In this document: positions 38,780 to 53,806 of the stretch, piece by piece
Position numbering within the stretch: the stretch's first letter is position 1
Layout: each line of letters begins with the position of its first letter
NCBI GenBank assembly: GCA_012295275.1
Contig: CM022676.1
Location: forward strand, 18,476,001 to 18,540,000
Reading direction: 5' to 3'
DNA from: Chrysomallon squamiferum
Taxonomy: Eukaryota; Animalia; Mollusca
DNA length: 64,000 bases
Notes under the pieces: generated by a model
Seen by the model: only the letters and a program-made list of their open reading frames with translations
What the model was told of the DNA's origin: nothing
The model's database searches: none
Translations under genes and position numbers: made by a program

Positions 38780-38819
<40 letters not shown>

Positions 38820-39392
38820 TATTGTAAGCTATTTCAGTTGCCAATAATGTTACTCATAATATCCTACAACTACTAGAAATAATGATACTAACATTACACC
38901 TACTAAACTACTAATTTTATTAGAAAAACCACAATATTACTACTACTACCATAACTATTAATAATACTTCTACTACTTCTGTAGTAGTAGTAATGATATT
39001 ACTAACATTTTTTCGACTACTAATATTACTACCATTGTTTTACTTGTACTATTACAATTTCACTACAACTATTATACTGCTATTATTACTACTATTACAA
39101 TTACAATTACTATTACCATTAAAACTACATCTGCTACACTTCTGCAAGTAATACCAAATTTTCTGCTACTACTATATATAATACTATGACTACTACTATT
39201 ATTATTATTATTATAGGACAACTACAAGTACTATTGCTACCTTTTGCAAACACAGATATTATATCATTATTGGGTTTTTTTGTAAACCAGAAGGCGACTG
39301 AAACATATTATTATTTAAGAAACACTTTTCTCAATAATATCTTGTAGACGTGTCACAAGAAAAAGTAACAGGTGAAGCTATGTGACATACAT
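38594..39392 (-). pseudogene. IgSF pseudogene fragment, copy 2
   Basis: Same two segments as copy 1 (Ig part ends 38724; signal part 39341-39392). Confidence 0.6.
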
Positions 39393-39393
39393 C

Positions 39394-39580
<187 letters not shown>

Positions 39581-40464
39581 CTAATAAAGAACACTCCCTA
39601 GAACTGTATTTGTAAAGTTGTGGTGAGAATAGATCATTCGTGTTAATTTGATAAAGGTATAAGTTTTATTTGAATAACGCTTAAAAAAAAAAAAAAAAAA
39701 AGTTCGAAGTTCAGAACACGATAGAACACGATCAACGCATTAATATCAATATTTTATAATGACTGTTATTAAATCGTACTTTATCTTTTCATAGTTTTCT
39801 AAGAAACGCTGTTCATTGTCAGTCGACATTACAGATCTGTGTGTCAGTATATTTACAGATTGAAAATGTCTATAGAAAAAAAAAGAACCAGGCCGACAGA
39901 GAGATTATACATAGACAAAAGCTAAACACATTTAGAGATATACACAGACAAACAGAAAGACAGACACAGAGATGGAACAAAACGAAACAAATAAAAATAT
40001 TTAACATTTTATTTACGTATTTGTGTAAAAAAGACGTACTCGCAAATTATTTCAATTGTTTTTCAGAAAGTTAAAATGTGTTCACAGCCGTAAGAAATTT
40101 ATATATATATACACACCCATTTATGACAAGGAAACACCATTTTCGGTTGTGAACTAAATGCATATATAACTAAGCGGCCGAAATATCGGCGGCAAATTTG
40201 AAACATGTTTGTTCGAACAGATGAAATATTGGCCGAGTTTTCCGTGTTTAGACTGCGTTGTTGCCTAGAAACGAAGAAATCTGTTGCCCATCGCATGATG
40301 TTTTAGATGAGCATACTCAGGCTTATATGCGCTAGTCAGCTCTGATTTATCAAACTCTGGATCAGGTTTTGTGGGAAGTATTTAGTTCGGAATGTCCCCA
40401 TTTTTCCGGCCGCTATTTTTCTTATACATAAGATTCTTATATATGAGATTCACACACACACGCA

Positions 40465-40607
<143 letters not shown>

Positions 40608-40660
40608 GCAACAGAAAAATATGAAGTTAAATAAGTAAAACAATAACTATGCAATAAGGA

Positions 40661-40846
40661 CAATATGTTTTTGCCATCAACTTCACGCATGAAGTACAAC
40701 TCACTGTTACTCGCGTCAGAGCCAGTCACCAAACAAACCAAGTCAGTCTGTTCTCCCAGTGTTACAGTAGACAATCCAGTTAGATTGTAGGCTGTGATAC
40801 CGTCACCGTCATGACCAACAACACCAGCAATAATAATAAAAATAAA

Positions 40847-40886
<40 letters not shown>

Positions 40887-41454
40887 TATTGTAAGCTATT
40901 TCAGTTGCCAATAATGTTACTCATAATATCCTACAACTACTAGAAATAATGATACTAACATTACACCTACTAAACTACTAATTTTATTAGAAAAACCACA
41001 ATATTACTACTACTACCATAACTATTAATAATACTTCTACTACTTCTGTAGTAGTAGTAATGATATTACTAACATTTTTTCGACTACTAATATTACTACC
41101 ATTGTTTTACTTGTACTATTACAATTTCACTACAACTATTATACTGCTATTATTACTACTATTACAATTACAATTACTATTACCATTAAAACTACATCTG
41201 CTACACTTCTGCAAGTAATACCAAATTTTCTGCTACTACTATAATACTATGACTACTACTATTATTATTATTATTATAGGACAACTACAAGTACTATTGC
41301 TACCTTTTGCAAACACAGATATTATATCATTATTGGGTTTTTTGTAAACCAGAAGGCGACTGAAACATATTATTATTTAAAAAACACTTTTCTCAATAAT
41401 ATCTTGTAGACGTGTCACAAGAAAAAGTAACAGGTGAAGCTATGTGACATACAT
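40661..41454 (-). pseudogene. IgSF pseudogene fragment, copy 3
   Basis: Ig part ends 40791; signal part 41403-41454. Confidence 0.6.
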
Positions 41455-41455
41455 C

Positions 41456-41663
<208 letters not shown>

Positions 41664-41764
41664 GCTAATAAAAGAACACTCCCTAGAACTGTATTTGTAA
41701 AGTTGTGGTGAGAATAGATCATTCGTGTTAATTTGATAAAGGTATAAGTTTTATTTGAATAACG

Positions 41765-41802
<38 letters not shown>

Positions 41803-42566
41803 GTTCGAAGTTCAGAACACGATAGAACACGATCAACGCATTAATATCAATATTTTATAATGACTGTTATTAAATCGTACTTTATCTTTTCATAGTTTTC
41901 TAAGAAACGCTGTTCATTGTCAGTCGACATTACAGATCTGTGTGTCAGTATATTTACAGATTGAAAATGTCTATAGAAAAAAAAAGAACCAGGCCGACAG
42001 AGAGATTATACATAGACAAAAGCTAAACACATTTAGAGATATACACAGACAAACAGAAAGACAGACACAGAGATGGAACAAAAACGAAACAAATAAAAAT
42101 ATTTAACATTTTATTTACGTATTTGTGTAAAAAAGACGTACTCGCAAATTATTTCAATTGTTTTTCAGAAAGTTAAAATGTGTTCACAGCCGTAAGAAAT
42201 TTATATATATATACACACCCATTTATGACAAGGAAACACCATTTTCGGTTGTGAACTAAATGCATATATAACTAAGCGGCCGAAATATCGGCGGCAAATT
42301 TGAAACATGTTTGTTCGAACAGATGAAATATTGGCCGAGTTTTCCGTGTTTAGACTGCGTTGTTGCCTAGAAACGAAGAAATCTGTTGCCCATCGCATGA
42401 TGTTTTAGATGAGCATACTCAGGCTTATATGCGCTAGTCAGCTCTGATTTATCAAACTCTGGATCAGGTTTTGTGGGAAGTATTTAGTTCGGAATGTCCC
42501 CATTTTTCCGGCCGCTATTTTTCTTATACATAAGATTCTTATATATGAGATTCACACACACACGCA

Positions 42567-42688
<122 letters not shown>

Positions 42689-42766
42689 TAGATAGAGAGC
42701 GAGGGAGAGAGATGCAACAGAAAAATATGAAGTTAAATAAGTAAAACAATAACTATGCAATAAGGA

Positions 42767-42951
42767 CAATATGTTTTGCCATCAACTTCACGCATGAAGT
42801 ACAACTCACTGTTACTCGCGTCAGAGCCAGTCACCAAACAAACCAAGTCAGTCTGTTCTCCCAGTGTTACAGTAGACAATCCAGTTAGATTGTAGGCTGT
42901 GATACCGTCACCGTCATGACCAACAACACCAGCAATAATAATAAAAATAAA

Positions 42952-42988
<37 letters not shown>

Positions 42989-43556
42989 TATTGTAAGCTA
43001 TTTCAGTTGCCAATAATGTTACTCATAATATCCTACAACTACTAGAAATAATGATACTAACATTACACCTACTAAACTACTAATTTTATTAGAAAAACCA
43101 CAATATTACTACTACTACCATAACTATTAATAATACTTCTACTACTTCTGTAGTAGTAGTAATGATATTACTAACATTTTTTCGACTACTAATATTACTA
43201 CCATTGTTTTACTTGTACTATTACAATTTCACTACAACTATTATACTGCTATTATTACTACTATTACAATTACAATTACTATTACCATTAAAACTACATC
43301 TGCTACACTTCTGCAAGTAATACCAAATTTTCTGCTACTACTATAATACTATGACTACTACTATTATTATTATTATTATAGGACAACTACAAGTACTATT
43401 GCTACCTTTTGCAAACACAGATATTATATCATTATTGGGTTTTTTTGTAAACCAGAAGGCGACTGAAACATATTATTATTTAAAAACACTTTTCTCAATA
43501 ATATCTTGTAGACGTGTCACAAGAAAAAGTAACAGGTGAAGCTATGTGACATACAT
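42767..43556 (-). pseudogene. IgSF pseudogene fragment, copy 4
   Basis: Ig part ends 42896; signal part 43505-43556; 1-bp shorter T run near 42775. Confidence 0.6.
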
Positions 43557-43557
43557 C

Positions 43558-43668
<111 letters not shown>

Positions 43669-45715
43669 TCATTGTCATTGTATATAAGATAAAATATATT
43701 TAGTTTATTTATTCAAAATTCACTAAAATACATATTAATTTCTTCATATTCATTTTTGGTTATTATTTATTCACACATTCATTTATTAATTATTCATATG
43801 ATTATTCGTTCATCTAAATGTACATTATTAATGAATTCCTTCTCGGAGTCTTTTTGACTTGGTTTAATAAAAATAGCCTAAAATAAAAACACTATCAATT
43901 AATTTTATTTATTCTTTAATTTCGTTTTTGACTTTCTCTGTTATTAGTTTATCTTCCTTCCAAAATAAAAAAACAAAAAATAAAAAATAAATAAATAATT
44001 AAATAATAATAATAACATTCAGTCAATTTGATTAAACAAATAACCTCACTCTACATAACAAAGTGTTCTTCTTTTACTTGTTTGTCCTGCAATAGTTTAC
44101 ACGTTATCCTTTAACTGTTTGATCCTAGTCTTAATTGTGTGCGAGTACAAAGAGAGATAACTGTACTCGCTTAGTTTATTATAAAGCACACTCGAGTAGT
44201 TACACTGACACTTGAGTTCATTCTAGTAACATTGAGTAAAACAGCTACTCACAATGAATAAACATAGGTCATCTTGACTTTGTTTACATTACATTAGAAT
44301 AAATTAATACTTAACTTTGATAAAAACTATAATAAAACAAATGAAATAGCTTAGCTTTGTTAACATTATTATATAAGTCTATTTATTTGCATTATTAAAT
44401 GAAGGATCAGATTATCTCAGTATCATTCACCTTAATTTCTTTATAATATTTAATTCACACTCGACTGTATGTACACACACAGAGATAATTATGTCTACAC
44501 TAACGTAGACAAGTTATGTACAGATTGAGTGTAGTAATGATTGCACCATTTTAACGTTTTGCTTATTAAACTGAGTAGTGCTTTATATATATATATAAAC
44601 TCTTTTTAAGTATAAAAGAAGTACAACTTCATCATTCACCTCAAAATAATACCATTCACCTTTGTTAAAGCAATTCTCAGTTCAAGCATTACTGCACTCA
44701 GTCCGTGTATAACGTGTAAACATTTGTGTAGATATAATTAGACTTAACTCTACTTAAAAATCCAGAAGATGAGGCAGATTCAGTATCCGTACTACTGTCT
44801 ATTCAAGATGCTGGTTAGACGTGGTAAGACTGAACGAGAAGTCTATGTAGAAAGTTCTTGCGTTTCTGTATCAAGTTCGCCTTACTATTAACCCACGGCA
44901 AAGTGTAAGTCGCCTTCTTTATTTATTTATTTATCTATCTATTTAATTATTAAATTATTTATTTATTTACTTACTTATTTATTTATTTATTTGTTATTTG
45001 AAATAGATCAGTTGGAAGTTGAACGTATAGTTACTTTGTGGCTCCATTTTGTCAAATGATCTCGTCATAAAAGTTCTACGGTCAGTCAGCGGACTGCCGT
45101 TATTTGAGTCAAATTCTTTGTTTTACTGTTCAGATTACAGTTGACAATAAACACAGTTCTTCTAAACTTGTATACAAATTAAAGTAATTGAGATTTTCAT
45201 AAGTGGCATAATTACACGAGCATAGTCTCTATACAGTATTTTGTTAAAAACCCTGTTACATTAGAAACAGAACAACGAATTACACATGTAGATGTTTAAT
45301 TTGATGTCTGTGACAATAGCTAGGCTTTAAAAAGTTTGATACGTTGCCGATTTATTTTAGGCCACTCTGACATTACGATGAATTCAATAAAACAAAACAA
45401 AATGCGCACCGCATGTATTTAAGCATAATTCTGAGTGAGTGTATTCACTTACGTACTAACACACTAATAATAATCTTGTTCATTTAGCTGCGCATAGTGA
45501 TTACAAGAAGCGTGACATCATTGTTTATTAAGAATTAAAAAATTGAGATAATTTCATCTTGAGCGCGCGGTAGCCTGTTTACGTGCATATTGACGTCATT
45601 GTTTATGAAGTGACGTACTTGAAAAATTGTCTGCTGTTTCTGAAAAAGATAATTTTGTGTGTATGTATGTATATATGTATGTATGTGTGTATGTATGTAT
45701 GTGTGTGTATGTATA

Positions 45716-45771
<56 letters not shown>

Positions 45772-45929
45772 CTGTATCTTCCTCTTTATTTTATCTTTAT
45801 TTGGTGGATTATTTGGTGCCTTACTAGTTGAGTGGTTACGATCATAAAATGTTTATGTAATAGTCACCGAAAAGTATTTTGATTATTAATATTATAATTT
45901 TTTTTTTATTACTATTATTATTTGTGTAT

Positions 45930-46547
45930 CGTTTTTCATTCGTACAATTTAAAAGACACAATACTCGCCAGTTCAGTGTTCAAGTTTAAACAAGATTTAG
46001 TTTTAGCGGTGTGAAGTGTATTATTTTACACTGTTCATATAGAAAACAGTTCTTGTGTTTGTTATTCCTATATTGTTACAAACTGTGACAGTAATTTTAT
46101 CAAATTAATTAGTTATTCATAACAAATTATAAACTTAGCGCCTTTGTTTCAATAATTACAACAACCACAGAAATAACTTAACTGGCAGAGTTTTAAATTA
46201 CGTATAATTTTCAAAGGTATTACGAGAACTCATTCTTTTCTTCTCAAAACGTGATAGACAGACAGATTACAAAGTAGCTGTATTGCTAACAATAGTTGGT
46301 ATATAATAATTAGGTGTTATATTGGGAAATTAATTTAATTTATTGATCGATAGTAATAACATTTACAACATTTGATTATTTACGCAGTTTGAATTTATGC
46401 TATATCATTTCTTATTTTCAATTTGTATTCTACTTGTTTGTTGCTTTTTGAACTTGTTATATTGTTCTTCTTCCTCTTCTCCTCCTCCTCCTCCTCCTCC
46501 TCCTCCTCCTCCTCCTTCTTCTTCTTCTTCTTCTTCTTCTTCTTCTT

Positions 46548-46578
<31 letters not shown>

Positions 46579-47211
46579 TTATTATTATTATTAGTATTAG
46601 TATTATTATTTGTACTGTATGGCGAATTGTATAAAATGTTCTGTTCTCAGATATTATGGATGATCTTTGACCTCCTCTCTCATTAATACGTACAAAGAAC
46701 AAAACATAATGATTGAGATCTGAAAAACGTGACTAGGTACTAAACTGGATACACCTCATGAGGTCTGTACACACGTGTTTTTAATCGCGGTTTTACAAAT
46801 CATATTTAGCCTTTACTTTGCTGTGCACGCTCGACTTAGTTTAAGCAATACATGATACCTCACAAGAGATCTTAGACTCGTGTTTTAAATCTTGATGTAA
46901 GAGATTATGTTTTGTCTTTTGTTTACTGTGCACGTTCAAGTTATTTTAAATAAGAGAGTGATTCACAATGATCTAGGAGGCGGGTGACAGGGCCGGTACT
47001 GAGATTTGTAGAGAGAGAGATAGTTAAAAAAAAATTATATATATATATATATATATATACAAACAAAAAACATGATGAGTTAACAACGTCGAAGTAACAA
47101 CTGAATTTTTTTAGTCTTCTTTTCACTATTGCGCAGGTTTTATATACACATGCATATTTTTTTTTCTGTATGTTTATATATATATGACACTACATAGTAC
47201 TCACAAGAAAA

Positions 47212-47294
<83 letters not shown>

Positions 47295-47506
47295 GTATGG
47301 TTTTTTATTCGTACAGTTTAAAAGACATGATAGTGGTGTGTTCAGTAAACGTGATGAGTTAACAACGTCGAAGTAACAAGTGAATTTTTCTAGTTTTCTT
47401 TTCACTATCTCTAAAGCTTTGATTCATTGCGCAGGTTTTATATACAAAGACATTTTTGTTTTCTGTATGTTTATATATATATGACACTACATAGTATTCA
47501 CAAGAA

Positions 47507-47589
<83 letters not shown>

Positions 47590-48217
47590 TATAATTATTA
47601 TTATATGTATGGTTTTTTATTCGTACAGTTTAAAAGACATGACAGTCGTGTGTTCAGTATTCAAGTTTAAACAAGATTTATTTTTGCCCGGATAAAATGT
47701 GTTATTTTACACTGTCCATGTACAAACCTGCTGTTGTGTCTTATTAAAATATTGTTACAGACTGTGACAGTCATTTTATAAAATTAAATAGTTATATATA
47801 ACAAAGTATAAAGGTAGGGCCTTTGAATTAAGAAATCTGTATTTATTTTTGTCAACGTGTTAAATTAAAATACTTAGAAAATAATTATGTATAATTTTGA
47901 ATGTACTACTGTTACTCACATAATAGTTAATCTTTTCTTCTCAAAATGTTGTACACAGACAGATTACAAAGAAGCTGTATCTCCAACAATCCTTGACATA
48001 TAATAATTAAGTGTTTGATTGGGAAATAAATCTAATTTATCGACTGACAGTAATAACATTTACTCAGTGAAAATCTTAGACGCGAGTTTTAAATGCAGGT
48101 GTTACAGATTAGGTTTTGTCTTCTGTTTACTCTGCACGTTGAAGTCAGCTTAAACAAGGGACTGATTCACAATAATCTAACGTGAGGGTGACAGGGCCGG
48201 TACTCAGATTTGTAGAA
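45930..48217. repeat. Nested tandem duplications
   Basis: Older pair: 45930-46367 + 46870-47012 vs ~47612-48217, with ~500 bp extra in copy 1. Younger pair: ~47072-47346 vs ~47352-47657. Confidence 0.8.
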
Positions 48218-48795
48218 ATAATATTGCAAATGTTTTTCTGTGTCTGTTGCTTTATTTATTTATTTATTTTTTTATATTTTTATTTATTATTTTTTTATTT
48301 ATTGAAATTGAACAAAAATTATTTTTTGTGGAGCTTTTCGCTTTTCGATCCACATTCGTTGAGAAAGACAGAGAAAGAGATTTCCTGCATGAACTAAGTT
48401 CCTGTTTTTGTTGTTTAGAAAAATAGTTATGAACAATGACTCACTGGCTAACACTACTTATTTTGTTTTGTAAATGGCAAAAGTTCTGTAAAGATTAGAA
48501 TCTAGCTTTCAGAGGCACTACATTTTACACAGATCTTAATAAACGCAAGAGTATTTTTATGTTTTATACTGTGTGGATAATAGTTATTTGATGACGTCAG
48601 ACAGTGGTTGGAACCAGAGCCGAATTAACAACGTAGTAGATGTAGCAAATGTACGGGTTTGTTTTCTATTCTTTTTTTTTTCTTTTTTTTGCTAATGTGT
48701 GTGTATATGTGTTTATGTGTGTGTATGTTTATATGTGTGTGTATGTATAATTGTGTGTATGTGTGTATATGTGTATATGTGTGTGTATATGTGTG

Positions 48796-48828
<33 letters not shown>

Positions 48829-49039
48829 GTATAGATATGTTTAATAAAGAGTGAATACTGCTCTGACTGTGGAAAACAGACGTGACGGGTAGATACCTGT
48901 CTGTGTATGTTTATATATATATATATATATTTATATATGTAGAATATCGACTCAGACACATATATACATACATAGATACATACATACATATATACATACA
49001 TACATACATACATACATACATACATACATACATACATAC

Positions 49040-49082
<43 letters not shown>

Positions 49083-50530
49083 CTCTCCCAAAAAAGAAAC
49101 GCAAAATTGCTGATTTCTTAGATACCTATTGTAAATTGACACATATCGATGTACAAACTATGAATATAAATGACATTTGGTTATTCAAACGTATAGCTTT
49201 TGTTAAAGTCGCCAAAAAGCAGGTAACGCAAAATAAAGGCTATGATCGTGTTTATGAGCCAAAACGTCCCCGAATGCAAACCACGTTACCAGTGCAGGTG
49301 CACGTGTGGCACATGAAAGTTGAATACGAGGGTTATAAACATGCAAGGTTTTCGAAAACTTCTATTCATTATTTTTGTTCTCACCCAACATCAAACAAAT
49401 GCCACGACTGAGTGAACCGCAACGAAACAACACCATCGGCCGTTAACAAGCTGGCGAATCCTTCTCGGCCGTAGCCCGGGTGTTCCATGTATCCCCAGGC
49501 ACCATCTTGAGATTATAGTATAGGTTCCATCGACACCAAACAAAACGTGACCGTCCCAGATCAGGTAGACCACGTGCAACCACCAGGGCCCAAGGACCGC
49601 TACATACGGGTACTTCATCTACGGAAAAGAAATACCATGGCAACCTCTAATGCTTCAGCAATACCAGGTATGTGTAGAATATCGGCTCAGACAGTGCGCA
49701 ATTGTTTACGTGATGCAGGTATTCGATCCAGACGGCCTGTAAGAAGAGTGGTTTTGACTCAAGAACGTTGTCGACTACGAAGTCAATGGTGTCAATCTGT
49801 CTGGTTTAGTGACGAGGCTCAATTTCTGCTTCGTTCAGCTGATGGAAGATGTCGAGTTTACAGACGTCGTGGTGAACGTTTTGTTGTAAACTGCATACAG
49901 GAAGCTGACAGATTTGGCGGTGGTAGTGTGATGGTGTGGGCAGCAATCTCATACACTGGCATGACCAACCTGCAAGGCAACTTAACGGCTCACAGATACC
50001 GAGATGAAATTTTCCAGCCATATATCGCTCCAGTTATGAATAATGGTAACGCTGTATTCCAGCACGACAATGCGAGACCACATACAGCCAGACTCACAAC
50101 AGCTTACCTGCACAACTATAACATTCAGGTCCTGCCCTGGCCCTCTAAATCTCCGGATTTGAACCCTTTAAAACATTTGTGGGACGATTTTGATAGACGA
50201 CTGAGGCAGCATCAACCACAGAATCGTGGTGAGTTGGCATTATTACTACAGACAGAGTGGGCCACCATTCCACAAGGTGTAACTCGTAATGTCATTACTG
50301 CCATGGGAAGAAGATGTCAGGCAGTTCTGGACTCCCACGGTGGGCACACAAGGAATTGAAATTACACTGTTATATCCTAGAACTTTAACCTTTTCAAAGT
50401 AATACCATCAATATTAATGAATTGCGAAAGTGTGTGTAAAATGTGAATATTCATCTGCTTTTTGTTGATCCATTACATAGATATTCCCAATGTCAATAAA
50501 ATCTACTTTTGCGTTTCTTTTTTGTTAGAT
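49083..50530 (+). mobile_element. Tc1-family DNA transposon (IS630-Tc1-mariner, DD34E), inactive
   Basis: TIR core CAAAAAAGAAACGCAAAA (49089-49106) and TTTTGCGTTTCTTTTTTG (50507-50524); TA-rich flanks; ~1.45 kb. Confidence 0.93.
49399..50359 (+). pseudogene. Tc1 transposase pseudogene
   Basis: MPRLSEPQRNNTIGR* (TAA 49444), then ISAQTVRNCL, WFSDE, GGGSVMVWAAI, FQHDNARPH, WPSKSPDLNPLKHLW. There are 34 residues between the second D and the third catalytic position, which is K (AAA 50171) instead of E. Confidence 0.92.
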
Positions 50531-51447
50531 ATATATATATATAACACACACACATATACATATATATATATATAAACAGAGACAAAACGGATACCTAATT
50601 ACGTTTAAATTGCAGTGAAAAATTATGTGTAGTTATTGACAATGCTAATTACTATATCAATTATTTGTCTTTCGTTCTGGAATTTACATTCAGTATCCGA
50701 AGTAGACAGCATCCGGATTAGTCACGCCAGGGTTTGTAATTTGATAGGAAATGCCCCCCACCTCGTGGAATAGCAGAGTGCATAGCATCCCTGTTACTCC
50801 TATCTTCTAGCACACCACTGGCATAGACAGTTAAATCTCAGTCAGAAGGGAAATGTTTATATACAAACAGTTTCTGACTACTACAGCAGGTTTTATCAGT
50901 ACTTTAATTAATTATTGTTTATGAAGGAAGCTGGTCAATAAATAATCTCAAATCAGACTTTGGCTCTTTTTATTTTTCAGTTGTGTATCACAAGTATGGG
51001 ACTAGAGGTTTTTGTAGCTGCAGCTAAAAAGAAAGTCAGAAAAACCTGAAATTTTAAGGTTGCGGCAGGATAAAATATTTTTGCTGCAATTTAACAGACA
51101 TACTGTAATTGAAACTGTTGTTAAACAGAAACATAAATAATTTTGGGCAAAAAACCCCAACAGTTTGACCCATTTCTAATGTGGAAATATTTGTTATTCA
51201 TAACAAAATCACATATGGAAGGAATGTTTATAGTGAGATGCAGTTACAGACACAATCACTACTGCTATATGTGTGGTATATTAGGAGGGGTTTGTGATTT
51301 ACAGGGTTTGTGATTTACAGGGTTTGTGATTTCCTGCTACACTAGTTTATACACAAATCTCGGTTAGTCCAAGGTTCTTTTTCGCCGAGTGCACTGTGTG
51401 TGTGTGTCTGTCTCTGTGCCTGTGTGTCTGTCTCTGTGTGTGTGTAT

Positions 51448-51486
<39 letters not shown>

Positions 51487-52299
51487 ATGAAATAATTTAA
51501 AACAGATTATTTGTTTATTTTTTAAAGTTAACTTATTATCAGTGTTAGTGAAATCAAGGGCAAGCTAATATACATGTGTGTACGTATATATGTATGCATG
51601 TTTTTTTGGTTGCATACGTACACACACAAATAATATTTCTCACTCTGAACAGAATAGAAACAAATAAATACATAAATAACAAAAAGTAAATAATAATACC
51701 TGACACATTTATTTCTATATCTTTGTAATTCACCTGTTTACAAATATAAACACAAATTAAATACAAAAATAATTCATAATAAAAAAATACAAATTTATTT
51801 ATCTGCTTTTCGTTTATTTATATCTCATCTATAAATAAATAAACAAAGAGTTGCTAGTCTTAGTAAAAGAAAATGGATAAATAAATGAAATAACAGTTCT
51901 TATTTTCATGTCTAACAACCAGGAAATACATACATAATGTATCTACATATTATATTTCATATACAAAAAACAAAATAAAAATAAAATAAACCAAAAAGAA
52001 AAATGCATAAATAAATAAGTAAATAAATAAATAATAACAGTAACATAATAAATAAGAAATGAGATGTTTATGTACATCATGCACGTGTTAGACAGAAATC
52101 AGTTCATTAGAAATCAAAAAATTCAAATCAAGTGTGTATGACGTCATCACTGCTGTCTGACGTCATCAGAAATACAAAACGTAAACAAACATAAATAAAT
52201 AAATAAATAAAAACAAATAAATAAATAAATAAACAAATAAATAAAAATAGAAATACTACGTCAGTGATGATTAAATTTGTATTTGAACGATGTTGTTTT

Positions 52300-53344
52300 T
52301 TACACTAAAAATAACAAAGCAGGTATTTGTCCTATGTCCACACGTGTAACAAGTCGTCTGTCACTGTGTTTAGATCTGCGTGACTCAGAAAATCTACAAA
52401 CAAAAGAGTCTACAACAATTTCTGATTTACTAACACATCCACGCCCTGAGTCTCTTCCCTTAACATGAACAAACAAGCTGTACTCAGTGTCTTTAGTAAT
52501 CTTCACTGGACGTCTGAACACGACGTCATACACGTGAGACACGTGTTCATATCTCTGTGTCAGTCTAGACCCGTGCAGTATTTTGTCTGTTCTTGTGTCA
52601 GTGACGAAGGCGCTGACGTCGTAGTTTCGTGGTACAAGTTGACCGTACAACTGAAATCCGCGAAGTAAAGCGTTTTTGTTCACAGAGAAAGTAATGGCGT
52701 CATCTACTTCACCAGAAAATGTCCAGTAACCAAACCTACCAAACCTGTTTATTTTAATCTGTGTTTTCATCATTGCGGTTCTCTTGTTTGAGTTGAAAGG
52801 TGAAACATCTTCATCACTGCTCACCAAGTGTTTCAAAATCTTGTTTTCTTCTGTCTCAGTGAGTATGTGAGTGGGTGTCACGTGTTCTACAAAATACGTC
52901 TGATCGAGTAATGGATAACGCACGTGCTTCACGACCTCTCCCAGTGCTTCGCGCATGTTTTTTTCACTCGTCTCTCTCCCTTGCTTCCTGCACGCGCTCT
53001 CAGCCCACTTCACAGCGGCTTCGAAAACATTTTTCTCTTCTGCTATCAGTTCCTCTGATCGTACGATCTCAACCAGACATTCGTGACAAAGATCGGTGAC
53101 TTCATCCGACTTCAGAACTTCGTCGCCATTTTTCAAAATGTAGTCCAGACTTTTTCTCCTCAGATGATGTTCATCAAACAGGTGAGCTTGTTCCAGCACG
53201 ACGCACGCATTCTGTGACGACAACGACGACTCCAAATAATGTGTGCATTCATCTTCCAGTGTCGTGACTATGTACTTCTTCGATAGATACAGCAGACCGG
53301 TGACGTTGTCGCCTGTTAGGACGACGTCATCCGTATAAAGATAT
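52300..53344 (-). CDS. BTB-BACK-PHR protein (BTBD1/2/3/6-like), coding exon 2
   Basis: atacag| phase 2; YLYTDDVVLTGDNVTGLLYLSKKY...EKNVFEAAVKWAESAC...LGEVVKHVRYPLL (BACK)...RF....W..SGEVDDAITFSVNK..LLRGFQLYG...F.FSES.......GQIPALLF* (PHR). Confidence 0.93.
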
Positions 53345-53549
53345 CTGTATAAAAGAAGTAGAGTAAGACTTTAAAACGTGAGATAATTATGTGAGATTAA
53401 TTAATTAGAAAATAATTAGATTACTAACAAAAACTGTATTGTTATCAACGTTTCTGTCTGTATGTATGTCTCACTTCCTCACTGTGTTCGTACGTGTGTT
53501 TCCATGTTTATGTGTGTATGTGTGTGTGTGTCTGTGTGTTTTAACATAC

Positions 53550-53806
53550 TTTAAAAACTCTGAAAAGATGTCTGCCTTCACTTCCGGTATCACAATATCT
53601 GATTTTTCGCGAAGTTCTCCAGTCAACATCTGACAGAAAACTTCGCTTCGAATGATCAGAATTAAACGATGCGCATCGACAGCAGTTTTATGTTCCCCAA
53701 CTAAAAATCTGACGTCAGTGTGAGTTTTCGTAAGAAAAACGTGTTCAAGGCTTTCTTTCAGATTCTTCCCTGTCTGCCAACCTGAGACTGAAGTTGAGGT
53801 GGCCAT
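53550..53806 (-). CDS. BTB-BACK-PHR protein, coding exon 1 (spliced product 433 aa)
   Basis: ttgtag|tgaaaacATG; MATSTSVSGWQTGK...TDVRFLVG...AHRLILIIRSEVFCQML.GEL...IPEV...F..FLK; |gtatgt donor, phase 2. 257+1045 nt = 434 codons. Confidence 0.93.

Noticed and set aside
44765-44910. Exon-like stretch ending in a gtaagt donor
   Set aside because: All three frames contain stops and there is no recognisable motif or partner exon.
46397-46702. Poly-Pro/Ser/Arg ORFs
   Set aside because: Compound (CCT)n(CTT)n(ATT)n microsatellite.
52277-53099. Plus-strand ORFs overlapping the BTB gene
   Set aside because: Antisense shadows of the real CDS.
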